Source of the DNA: an uncultured Gammaproteobacteria bacterium
Lineage (GTDB): Bacteria; Patescibacteriota; Microgenomatia; CAYXHB01
Assembly: GCA_964464795.1 (NCBI GenBank)
Contig: CAYXHB010000001.1
Location: 1 to 42,893, forward strand
Length of the DNA: 42,893 nucleotides
Direction of reading: 5' to 3'
Position numbers and translations under genes: made by a program. Each line of letters begins with the position of its first letter. Within the stretch, counting starts at the first letter, position 1. The notes beneath the pieces were generated by a model. The model was not told where the DNA came from, ran no database searches, and worked only from the letters and a program-made list of their open reading frames with translations. Shown piece by piece: positions 18,152 to 26,837 of the stretch.

Positions 18152-19366
18152 TTAGCCGCCTTGTTGTTGGAGGCCGCCGACAAGACTATAGATTGGACCA
18201 ATAATTGAGACAACCATAATTCCCACCGCGACTCCAACCATAAGTAGTAAGACAGGTTCGATAATGTTGGCAAAATTATTGAGGATATCCTCTACTTCAT
18301 TATCATAATACTCGGCTGAGTCTTTGAGCATGGTTTCCACAGAACCGGTTTTTTCACCGGCCGCAACCATGCGGACAGTGATTTGAGGGAATAGCTTGGG
18401 GTAACCCCGCATGAGGTCAGCTAAGGAGATACCTTTTTGCAGTTCTAAATGGAACGGCGCGACAGCTTTTTGATAGGTAGCTTGATTGAGGGATGTGGTG
18501 ACAATTTGCATGGCCTGGTTAATCGGCACGCCGCTGGCAAGCAGAGTACTCAAGATGCGGCAGAAACGAGCTAAATCAAGATAATTAAGCAAGCGCCTGA
18601 TGGCTGGAATGACTTTGACTGTGGCGAGGGTGATTTTTTTGCCCAGGGCTGTTGTGAGAAAAATAACCAAACCAACAAATCCAGCTAAAATGGCTGGCAA
18701 AATGAAAATAATGTTGTCACTGACGAATAAGCCTACCTGCATAATTAGTCGGGTGTAAAAAGGTAAACTGACTCGCATACTTAAGAAAACCGGAGCCATG
18801 CGAGGGAGGACGAAGAAGAGTAACAACATCCCGACTCCTAACATAGCAATTACAATGATAATCGGGTACATGAGAGCGCTTTTGACTTTTTGGCGGAGTT
18901 TGTATTCGTCGTAGAGAAAGTCGGCTAAGTAAGTCAGGGATTCGTTCAAAGTCCCTGATAACTCCCCTGCTTTGATTAAAGCAATGATAATAGGGTCGAA
19001 AACTTTGGGGTATTGTTCAAAGGCGGTGGAGAGGTTTTTGCCCTGTTGCAACTGGGTGTAGGTGGTAGAGAGAATTTCTTTGAGCTTGGCGTTGGATGTG
19101 TCGTGGGCAAAAACATCGACTGACTCGGGTAACGATAATCCTGCACTTAACATAGTGGCTAGGTAACGACAGAGATTGGCTTTTTCAATTAAAGGAACGG
19201 AGTTGCCCCATTTTTTGTTTTTTTTGGTGGAGACTTTCTTGAGCCAGACGATTTTGAAGCCTTGGCCTTGGAGTTCTTGTTTAGCACTGTTACTATCGGT
19301 GGCGTTGAGAGTGTCTTGGACAACTTGTCCTTGGGGGGTGGTGACTCGGTATTCAAAGGTGGCCAT
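18152..19366 (-). CDS. pilC: Type IV pilus inner-membrane platform protein PilC (T2SS F family)
   Basis: Duplicated GspF-type domains, 3 TM segments, 'AGEKTGSVETML' motif. Start set at ATG 19366 (MATFEYRV...), which avoids overlap with pilB. Confidence 0.9.
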   Translation of the reverse strand: MATFEYRVTTPQGQVVQDTLNATDSNSAKQELQGQGFKIVWLKKVSTKKNKKWGNSVPLIEKANLCRYLATMLSAGLSLPESVDVFAHDTSNAKLKEILSTTYTQLQQGKNLSTAFEQYPKVFDPIIIALIKAGELSGTLNESLTYLADFLYDEYKLRQKVKSALMYPIIIVIAMLGVGMLLLFFVLPRMAPVFLSMRVSLPFYTRLIMQVGLFVSDNIIFILPAILAGFVGLVIFLTTALGKKITLATVKVIPAIRRLLNYLDLARFCRILSTLLASGVPINQAMQIVTTSLNQATYQKAVAPFHLELQKGISLADLMRGYPKLFPQITVRMVAAGEKTGSVETMLKDSAEYYDNEVEDILNNFANIIEPVLLLMVGVAVGIMVVSIIGPIYSLVGGLQQQGG

Positions 19367-19385
19367 GTGATTTTGGGATGGGAAA

Positions 19386-21074
19386 TTAATCTTGTTCTTT
19401 AACTGCGCGCAGGACTTCTTCGACAGTGGTGAGTCCGGCGGTGACTTTATCAAGACCGTCCTCAATCATGGTAGTCATGCCTTGTTTTTGAGCCAGTTCT
19501 AAGATGTTATCGGCAGAAGCGTTGTCGACGATGAGTTTACGAATGTCCCCGTCAATTTCGAGAACTTCGTAGACACTAATCCGACCGCGGAAACCTGTAT
19601 TGCCGCATTCGTGACAACCGTGACTGCGGAAAGTAGTGACTTTTTTGATTTGAGGGCGATACTTGCCAAAGACCTCGGTAGCCGTGGGGTCGTCAGCGAT
19701 GCGGTAGATGCAAGATGGACACAGACGTCTGACTAAGCGCTGGGCCATGACCACATTGAGGGTGGAAGCGAGAAGAAAAGATTCTACGCCCATGTCGATT
19801 AGTCGAGGGATAGCTCCAACCGCACTATTGGTGTGAAGAGTGGAGAGGACCAAGTGACCGGTAAGGGAAGCGTGGATGCCCATTTCAGCTGTTTCTGTGT
19901 CGCGGATTTCCCCGACCATGATGATGTTGGGGTCATGGCGCAGCAAGGCTCGTAAGCCGGCCGCGAAAGTCAGACCTGTGGCCGGATTAACCTGAATTTG
20001 ATTAACCCGATGGATGCCGTATTCAATAGGGTCTTCGACTGTACAGATATTGACTGCCGTGGTGTTGAGCATGTTGAGGATACTGTATAAAGTGGTGGTC
20101 TTACCTGAACCCGTAGGGCCGGTAACCAGGAGCATGCCGTGAGGGCGGGTGATGTTGTGACGGATAATTTCCAAAGCGCCGCCGCTCATGCCTAATTCCG
20201 ATAAACTCAAAGGGCGGGCTGATTCGAACAACATCCTCATGACGATGTTTTCGCCGTAGAAGGAAGGGATGATAGAAACTCGCAGAGCAATAGACTGGTC
20301 AGCATAGGAAAATTTGAAACGGCCGTCTTGTGGGACGCGGTGTTCGTCTATCTTGAGCTGGCCTAAGATTTTGATGCGGGCGACGATAGCGGGTTGGATT
20401 TGTTTGGGTAGAGCAATGATGTCACGCAAGTTACCGTCGATGCGAAAACGAATCATTAGGGCGTTATTGAGAGTTTCGACATGAATATCCGAGGCACGCT
20501 CAGCAATAGCGTACTCAAGAATAGTGTCGAGAATTTTAACGACCGGTAAATCTGAGGCTACCTTGGTAATGTCGGTTTGGGTGCGGGCAGTGGATTTTTT
20601 GATATTTTCGGATAAGATATCGGCGAAGACTTTCTTGATACCTTTTTTGTATTGAGTGAGAGCTTGAGTGAGGTCGTTAGGGAGAATGTAGTAAGGGATG
20701 ATTTTGAGCTTGGTGGCGCGGCGGGCAATTTCTTGGGATTCGAAGTTTTGCGGGTCGGTGAAAGCGATGGAGATTTCAGTGTCAGTTTTTTCGAAAGGAA
20801 TAATCTGATAAGAACGAGCTTGGTTTTCTGGAACGGTTTCGAGGACTTCTAGTGGGATGCTTTTGGTTTTGAGAGTGATAAAAGGCACTCCTTGAGCCTC
20901 AGCAATTAACTGACCCAAAGCCTGCTCGGAAATAATGCCGCGGAAAATGAGAATATCCTCAATAGGACGCTCTAGTTCGTCGGCAGCCTCTTTGGCCGAG
21001 AGGTAGTCGGCTTCGGATACGAAACCTGAGTTAACCAGGATGTCTTGTAAATTGGCGGGCAGATGGGATGACAT
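19386..21074 (-). CDS. pilB: Type IV pilus assembly ATPase PilB (GspE family)
   Basis: T2SSE N-terminal domain, Walker A 'GPTGSGKTT', Asp/His boxes, tetracysteine 'CPSC...CHEC'. Confidence 0.93.
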   Translation of the reverse strand: MSSHLPANLQDILVNSGFVSEADYLSAKEAADELERPIEDILIFRGIISEQALGQLIAEAQGVPFITLKTKSIPLEVLETVPENQARSYQIIPFEKTDTEISIAFTDPQNFESQEIARRATKLKIIPYYILPNDLTQALTQYKKGIKKVFADILSENIKKSTARTQTDITKVASDLPVVKILDTILEYAIAERASDIHVETLNNALMIRFRIDGNLRDIIALPKQIQPAIVARIKILGQLKIDEHRVPQDGRFKFSYADQSIALRVSIIPSFYGENIVMRMLFESARPLSLSELGMSGGALEIIRHNITRPHGMLLVTGPTGSGKTTTLYSILNMLNTTAVNICTVEDPIEYGIHRVNQIQVNPATGLTFAAGLRALLRHDPNIIMVGEIRDTETAEMGIHASLTGHLVLSTLHTNSAVGAIPRLIDMGVESFLLASTLNVVMAQRLVRRLCPSCIYRIADDPTATEVFGKYRPQIKKVTTFRSHGCHECGNTGFRGRISVYEVLEIDGDIRKLIVDNASADNILELAQKQGMTTMIEDGLDKVTAGLTTVEEVLRAVKEQD

Positions 21075-21083
21075 AGAGTTTGT

Positions 21084-21485
21084 TTAAGTGTCAGACTCGG
21101 GTTTAGAACCCTTGGGTGAGGGTTTGATATATTTATGGACAACTTCAATTATTTGACTGGGGGTTAGTTTGGCCTTGATAAGGAATTCGTTGGCGCCCAT
21201 GTCTAGAGCGGCTTTTTGTTCTTCTTCCTGGTTGAGATTGGAGAGACAAATTACAGGAGTGGATTTGGTTTGGCGGGTGGAGCGGATTTCCTCCAAGACA
21301 TCCAGTCCGTTCATACGCGGCAGCATGATATCCAGCAGAATGACATCAGGTTCTTGAGAGATAGCCTGCTCAAGAGCTGACTGGCCGTCTGTACAAGTGA
21401 TGACCTCATGTCCATCTTGCTGAAGATGGGTTGAATAAATCTTGATTAGGAAAGCATCGTCGTCGGCGATGAGAATTTTGGACAT
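21084..21485 (-). CDS. Single-domain response regulator (CheY-like receiver only)
   Basis: 'KILIADDD...DVILLDIMLPRMNG...ICLSN...GANEFLIK'. Start set at ATG 21485. No output domain. Confidence 0.9.
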   Translation of the reverse strand: MSKILIADDDAFLIKIYSTHLQQDGHEVITCTDGQSALEQAISQEPDVILLDIMLPRMNGLDVLEEIRSTRQTKSTPVICLSNLNQEEEQKAALDMGANEFLIKAKLTPSQIIEVVHKYIKPSPKGSKPESDT

Positions 21486-21489
21486 TAAA

Positions 21490-21702
21490 TTACTGTTTAT
21501 TTGATAATTGATAAATATGGTTTTTGAGTGATTCGATCTCTTCAAGGAGAGCGGCTGACTCATTGGTGGCAACTTGTAGCAATTCGTTAGGTTGGGACTG
21601 GGTTTGCTCAAGTTCCCAGAGTGCGGTTCTGATTTTGGTTATACGAGCAAGGATTTGGTGAAAAACTATATGAGTATCGTCTATAGGATGATGGCTGGTC
21701 AT
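21490..21702 (-). CDS. Small helical hypothetical protein between the two receiver genes
   Basis: 70-aa ORF whose stop lies 4 nt before the downstream receiver start. Heptad-like sequence (LWELEQTQ...LLEEIESLKNHIYQL). No clear SD, so coding status is uncertain. Confidence 0.4.
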   Translation of the reverse strand: MTSHHPIDDTHIVFHQILARITKIRTALWELEQTQSQPNELLQVATNESAALLEEIESLKNHIYQLSNKQ

Positions 21703-21759
21703 AATTACATTGTACTCAATAACGGCAAGTTACTGCTAGCCCTGGAAGGAGAGGCAATA

Positions 21760-22137
21760 TTACTCAAGCAAGCGGGTTACTTTGGCAAGAAACTGATCGG
21801 GGTTAAGGTCTGACTTGATAATGACGCTATCAACGCCTAAATTTTTACCTTCTGTGAAAATACCATCATGGGATAAGTTGGTCATATAGACAATCTTATG
21901 ATTGGGTTGTTTGGGTGGATGAGATTTGACATCTAGAAGCACGCTGCGGCCGTCCTTCTCAGGGAGCATGACGTCCAGTAGAACTAGATCATAACCGCCT
22001 TTTTTCATGGCTGCGGCTGCCTGGTCGCCGTCAATGGCTACATCAACTGCGTAGCCTGCCTCGGTGAGAACATCAAAGTAAATCTCACGCAAGAATTCTT
22101 CGTCTTCGACCAGGAGGATTTTTTTTTGTGCGGGCAT
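21760..22137 (-). CDS. Single-domain response regulator (CheY-like receiver only)
   Basis: 'KILLVEDEEF...DLVLLDVMLPEKDG...'. 125 aa, no output domain. Confidence 0.9.
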   Translation of the reverse strand: MPAQKKILLVEDEEFLREIYFDVLTEAGYAVDVAIDGDQAAAAMKKGGYDLVLLDVMLPEKDGRSVLLDVKSHPPKQPNHKIVYMTNLSHDGIFTEGKNLGVDSVIIKSDLNPDQFLAKVTRLLE

Positions 22138-22175
22138 ACGACTTCACTATGGCACACTGGGAATTTTTTTTCAAT

Positions 22176-24332
22176 CTAAAAAATAGCCTTGGTGGGCAAG
22201 CTGAAATAGAAAGTGGAACCTTTACCAAGTTTTGATTCAACCCAAATTTGGCCACCGTGTTTTTTGATAATCTGATTACAGATAAAGAGCCCAAGGCCAG
22301 TGCCGCCGGATTCAGCTACACTGACCAAAGTGCCCTCAAGGCGGCCGAACTTGGTGAAGAGCTTGGGCAAGTCTTTCTTAGAAATCCCCTTGCCTGTATC
22401 CGAGATGGCTGTCTGGACAGCGTTTTTCTCGGCCGTGAAACTAATATCAATTCTGCCGCCAATAGGCGTGAACTTGATGGCGTTACCAATTAAGTTAATA
22501 AAAACCTGATGAAGTTTGTCAGGGTCAGCATTGACGAGTTTGGGGGCTGGAGATTGAAGGGTGATGGTGATGTTTCTCTGTGTGGCTTGGGATTGTAGTT
22601 CATCGAGGGCTATCTTGGCTCTGGCGCTTAAATCAAGCTGAGCTGCGTGCAGCTCAATCCTGCCGGCTTCAATACGGGAAACGTCCAGCATGTCGTTGAC
22701 CAGAGCTAAAAGCCGGTCCGTGGATAAATAGGCTCTGTCTAGGTATTGGCGGCTTTTTGGGCTAATTGTGTCACCATTATTGGATTTGTTAAGAATCATC
22801 CATAGATAACTCTTGATAGCCGTCATGGGAGTGCGCAGTTCGTGCGAAGCAATGGAGAGAAATTCGTCTTTGATCTTGTCCAGTTCAGTCAAACGTTTGT
22901 TAGCCTCGCGCAGGTCGGTGGTAGCTGATTTTATTTCTTGTTTGAGTCTGATATTAAAGTTGCTAATCTCAAGGAAAGAACGGGCGTTTTGGATGGCGAT
23001 AGCCAGTTCTGGCGCCAGAATCTGAAGCAGCTGAATATCCTGGTCTGAGTAAATATCGCCTGAGGACTTTTCGCCTAAAATTAGTTGGCCGACGTATTGA
23101 TGTTTAAAGGTTAGCGGGACGATCACGCCAATATGATATTCGCGCATGATTTGTTTGATGTGGTTCTCTGGTAACTCTTCAAAAACCAAGATTTTTTTTG
23201 TATTGGCTGAGAAAAGCTGGGCGTATCTCTCCAGATCATAGAGACTTTTGGCTCCATCTCGGCCCAAAATATTAATCTTAGTATGACCACTGCTCTCAAG
23301 CAAAACAACAAAGGCTATCTCAGTTCTGAGGTTGGTTTTGAGCTGGAAGATGGTTTTTTTTATTAAATCTTCCAGGTCGATGTTGACGGAAATTAACCGA
23401 TTTAGGTGAGTTAACAACTCTTGAGTGTCATATCTGCCTTTGAACAAAAAGCGGTCAGTGAGGTGTTCGATGTACTTGCGCAAAGGTTGAAAAGTGTAGG
23501 CAAGAACCAAAGCCAAGGCGGTGGAAATACCGAATTGATCGCTATTGAGCTGACTCGGAAATAGATAACGACCAAGAACAAACAGCATTGAAGCGTAAAA
23601 GCTCGAGAGAATGAAAATTAACAAAGTGTAAGAAACAGTACGAGCAACAACTAATCGAACTTCCATCACACGATGCCTGACAATGGCATAAGCAATGATG
23701 ATATTAAAAACAAGTACATAAATGGGGAGAAAAGGAACAAAATAGCCAATTTTAAAAAAAACAACCAACAGGAAATTAAAAATTAGAATGAGTGAGAATA
23801 AGACAAAAAATCCTAGAAAAACTAGGCTGAGCTTACGCTTTTCTATTTTTTTAGCTTTGCGATAATGAAGGTAGATAATAATTAAACCGCTAAGGACTGT
23901 AAGGATAGTGTGGATGAGAAAAATCGGCATGCCAATTCCAGGCTCAGGAATGACTAGGTTTTCTGGAGTGATCTGGACATCTTTGAAGATAAAGTTCGTG
24001 AAGCCAAGGAAAAACAGTGCTATTGAGCTAACGATTATTGGATATTTAACTGAATTGCGAATAGTAATTTCGTCTTGAGGAAAAGTGACAAGGAAGAAAA
24101 AGACAGCGGCGTTAATGAGAGCCCCGAGGGAGATAATGAGTTTGGATAAAAATATTTTTATATTAACGCCAGGAATTAAATATAGCTCGCTATTGACGAC
24201 TAAGTAGACCGTGATTATCCCTAATAGAATTGTGAAGAGTTTGTTAGTCCAACTTTTGGGATTATTACGATAAATAAGAAGAGCCAGGATTAAATTTCCC
24301 AAAGCAAAGATGGCAAGAAGAACGTGTTGCAT
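22176..24332 (-). CDS. Sensor histidine kinase: N-terminal 7-8 TM sensor region, GAF-like domain, HisKA, HATPase_c
   Basis: About 260 aa of TM helices. GAF-like block (EIAFVVLL...YVGQLILGEK...LLQILAPELAIAIQNA). H-box 'FLSIASHELRTPMTAI'. N, G1 and G2 boxes (NLIGNAIKFT, DTGKGI, GGTGLGL). Confidence 0.9.
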   Translation of the reverse strand: MQHVLLAIFALGNLILALLIYRNNPKSWTNKLFTILLGIITVYLVVNSELYLIPGVNIKIFLSKLIISLGALINAAVFFFLVTFPQDEITIRNSVKYPIIVSSIALFFLGFTNFIFKDVQITPENLVIPEPGIGMPIFLIHTILTVLSGLIIIYLHYRKAKKIEKRKLSLVFLGFFVLFSLILIFNFLLVVFFKIGYFVPFLPIYVLVFNIIIAYAIVRHRVMEVRLVVARTVSYTLLIFILSSFYASMLFVLGRYLFPSQLNSDQFGISTALALVLAYTFQPLRKYIEHLTDRFLFKGRYDTQELLTHLNRLISVNIDLEDLIKKTIFQLKTNLRTEIAFVVLLESSGHTKINILGRDGAKSLYDLERYAQLFSANTKKILVFEELPENHIKQIMREYHIGVIVPLTFKHQYVGQLILGEKSSGDIYSDQDIQLLQILAPELAIAIQNARSFLEISNFNIRLKQEIKSATTDLREANKRLTELDKIKDEFLSIASHELRTPMTAIKSYLWMILNKSNNGDTISPKSRQYLDRAYLSTDRLLALVNDMLDVSRIEAGRIELHAAQLDLSARAKIALDELQSQATQRNITITLQSPAPKLVNADPDKLHQVFINLIGNAIKFTPIGGRIDISFTAEKNAVQTAISDTGKGISKKDLPKLFTKFGRLEGTLVSVAESGGTGLGLFICNQIIKKHGGQIWVESKLGKGSTFYFSLPTKAIF

Positions 24333-24361
24333 ACTACTATCATAGCTGTTTATGTAGTACG

Positions 24362-25432
24362 TTAGTCAATTGTTTTCAATGACTTGGGAATATCAAGGAA
24401 AGCGCGGTAAGAACGAGTGTCTTTTTGAAGTAAGATTTGTTCGACTGCATGAGTAACGACAACTGATAAAAGTTGCGACGCAATAATTAGTTGTGGGTAA
24501 CTGGTGAGAGTTGAGCCTACTTCATAAACCGAATTGAGCATTTTGGGCGAATGTAACTCTTTGCCGATCATTTGGATGAAAAATTCAGTCACGTCTTTCT
24601 TAGTAATTGTGGCTTTCTTCAAATCTGCGGGATTGAGCTTGTTTAAAAACAAGTCAGTGGTCAAGTTTTGGTCTATGTCATATCGTTCTACAATGAGCAA
24701 GATACCTTTTTCTATATCGGCACCCGAAACTACTGGAATTCCAAGTTTTTTGGCATATTGGCGTAGTTTGAGTTTGAGTGGAAAACTATCAAAAGCATCA
24801 ATTACGACCTTGACGTTGCTTAAAAAGGCAGATAAATTTTTACTGTTAAGACCTTGGGGGAAGATGTTGATCGTCAAGTATGGGTCAATTTCGTGAAGTT
24901 CTGTTTGAACAACTTTAGTTTTGGGTTGGTATAGATGAGGAAGAGAAAAAGTGGCTCGGTTGAAGTTGCTTATCTCTACCTGGTCGTAGTCAGCTAAGTT
25001 GTATTCACGGCCTACACCATAACGGACAAGAGCATTGGCAATATTTTTCCCACTGCTAAGGCCAGCGATGGCGATGGTTGAATTATGGATTTGCTGTAAT
25101 TCTTGTGCTGTTAACAGATTTAAGTTGCGACAAGTTCGTAATTCAAAATATTGACGTTCCTCGAGTAAATGAAGCAGCAAGTTGTGACTAGGATAGTGAA
25201 CCCATCTCCCTTGAAGGTTTCGCTGTTTAATAGATGAAAGTGCAGGGTGGTGCTGGAAAATTATTTTCTGCTGCTCAGCAGGCGTGAAGGAATAATATTG
25301 AGGATTTTTGAAAATAAACCAGTCTTGGAACATTTCTAAATAATTGTCTTTTATTTCAGTTTGCTTGGGCAATCTGTCTATTAAGTTGGATAATTCTGTT
25401 TGAGAATTTAGTTGATAGACTTTGTGGTTCAT
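24362..25432 (-). CDS. ThiF/MoeB/E1-like adenylyltransferase-family protein with an N-terminal extension
   Basis: 'RWVHYPSHNLLLHLLEERQYFELRTCRN' precedes a Rossmann block 'IAIAGLSSGKNIANALVRYGVGREYNLADYDQVEISNFNR', which matches the E1-like nucleotide-binding pattern. Confidence 0.7.
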   Translation of the reverse strand: MNHKVYQLNSQTELSNLIDRLPKQTEIKDNYLEMFQDWFIFKNPQYYSFTPAEQQKIIFQHHPALSSIKQRNLQGRWVHYPSHNLLLHLLEERQYFELRTCRNLNLLTAQELQQIHNSTIAIAGLSSGKNIANALVRYGVGREYNLADYDQVEISNFNRATFSLPHLYQPKTKVVQTELHEIDPYLTINIFPQGLNSKNLSAFLSNVKVVIDAFDSFPLKLKLRQYAKKLGIPVVSGADIEKGILLIVERYDIDQNLTTDLFLNKLNPADLKKATITKKDVTEFFIQMIGKELHSPKMLNSVYEVGSTLTSYPQLIIASQLLSVVVTHAVEQILLQKDTRSYRAFLDIPKSLKTID

Positions 25433-25433
25433 A

Positions 25434-26837
25434 TTAAATGAAGTGTTTTAGTTTGGTGTTTTTGTACTTGTCGTGATTGGCTTCCTCGGAACGGTAAATA
25501 AAATTGATGCCGCTTCCGCGAGTGTGTTCTTGTGTGACTCTATAATCGGCGTTTATTCCTTTGAGCATGGCGAAGAATTCTTGTTCAAATTTCTCTTGGT
25601 CAGTTTTTTTGAGTCTCTGATGGGGTTTAAAGTAAAGAATGACCTGAAGGCGATTTTTCATACCACTAGTGTTGACGACTCCGTACTGGAAGTTTTGAGA
25701 GAAAAGAGAAGCATAACGTGAGTTTTGGATGCAATGCCGAATATCCTCTGTATAGACATTGGCGGAATTAATTAAAATTGAATCTGTCCGACCGTGGACA
25801 AAAAGTAAGTTATCTGGCAACTGATCCTTGGAAATACGAATGCCTAATTCTCTACATAACTCCCTTATTTGATGTTGAGTAAGAATTCCGCCGCGATCGT
25901 GAATGTTATATCTTATTAAAGGAATCGGCTGATCGGCCGTGATGACAATTTCGTCTTTGATAACTTCAATATGTTTTGATAAAGGATTGTATTCAACTAA
26001 GGATGGAGTGCTTTGAGAGTGAAAATATTTTTTTATGAGAGCTGGCCGAGATTGAATTTTTTGGAGTATCTTAATAGAAAGCGGAGTTTCCACTCCTATG
26101 ATGCCGGTATCTGAGCAGGCGTACATACCAATAATGTCTATCCTTGATTGAGGTGAATTAACTTTTGCTTTTAAAGCTGAACGCCAGTGCTCTGAAAACC
26201 TATCTCCTGTCAAGATAAATTTGAGATTTAAATTCGCAAATGGTAATTCTTTCTCGGTCATTTCTTCAATTAAATCGGTAACGAGAGGCGGATACCCGAT
26301 TATAATGATTTGATCGTAGAATCGGTATAACTCTCTGATGGCAGTGGTGGCGTTATGAACATTCATGCCTGGAGTGACAATGGTGATCTTATTAGTTCTG
26401 GCAGCAGCAATGGCGAGCATAGTTTCTAGGATTCCACCGATCCACATACCAAGAGCCAAGGTATTTACTATTAAGGTCCTCTGTTTTGATATATCAAAGA
26501 ACTGTTCATAAAAGACTATTTTTCCAGGAATAATCTGGTCGTCGATAGACTGATCTCTTAACCACAAAGTGGGATTTCCAGTTGATCCCGAACTTGTGGT
26601 GATCAAATAATAGTCCGAAAGTTGCTTATTATCGCGAATCCGTTGATGAACGGGATACTTATTGAGGTAATTACGTCGATCTGTGATGGGAAGTAAGGAA
26701 AAGTCTTGGACTGTTTTGAGTTCAGGAATTTTAATCTTGTTTTTTTTAAGAAATTGGGAATAAGCTGAACAGTTATCTGCAACTGATTTAAATAAATTGA
26801 AGGCTTTTTCTAAAGGAAGATCTGCGTTATTTTTCAT
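25434..26837 (-). CDS. PaaK / coenzyme F390 synthetase-like adenylate-forming enzyme (aryl/acyl acid ligase)
   Basis: 'TTSSGSTGNPT' (SSGTTGKP-type AMP motif), 'NTLALGMWIGGILE', and a 467-aa size match the phenylacetate-CoA ligase family. Overlaps the upstream lyase by 11 nt and ends 1 nt before the E1-like start. Confidence 0.75.
   Translation of the reverse strand: MKNNADLPLEKAFNLFKSVADNCSAYSQFLKKNKIKIPELKTVQDFSLLPITDRRNYLNKYPVHQRIRDNKQLSDYYLITTSSGSTGNPTLWLRDQSIDDQIIPGKIVFYEQFFDISKQRTLIVNTLALGMWIGGILETMLAIAAARTNKITIVTPGMNVHNATTAIRELYRFYDQIIIIGYPPLVTDLIEEMTEKELPFANLNLKFILTGDRFSEHWRSALKAKVNSPQSRIDIIGMYACSDTGIIGVETPLSIKILQKIQSRPALIKKYFHSQSTPSLVEYNPLSKHIEVIKDEIVITADQPIPLIRYNIHDRGGILTQHQIRELCRELGIRISKDQLPDNLLFVHGRTDSILINSANVYTEDIRHCIQNSRYASLFSQNFQYGVVNTSGMKNRLQVILYFKPHQRLKKTDQEKFEQEFFAMLKGINADYRVTQEHTRGSGINFIYRSEEANHDKYKNTKLKHFI

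Noticed and set aside
22176-24332. PYP/phytochrome-like covalent chromophore attachment of a coumaroyl product to the kinase GAF domain.
   Set aside because: The GAF-like segment contains no cysteine. The only Cys in the protein lies in the ATPase domain (GLFICNQ). Non-covalent ligand sensing remains possible.
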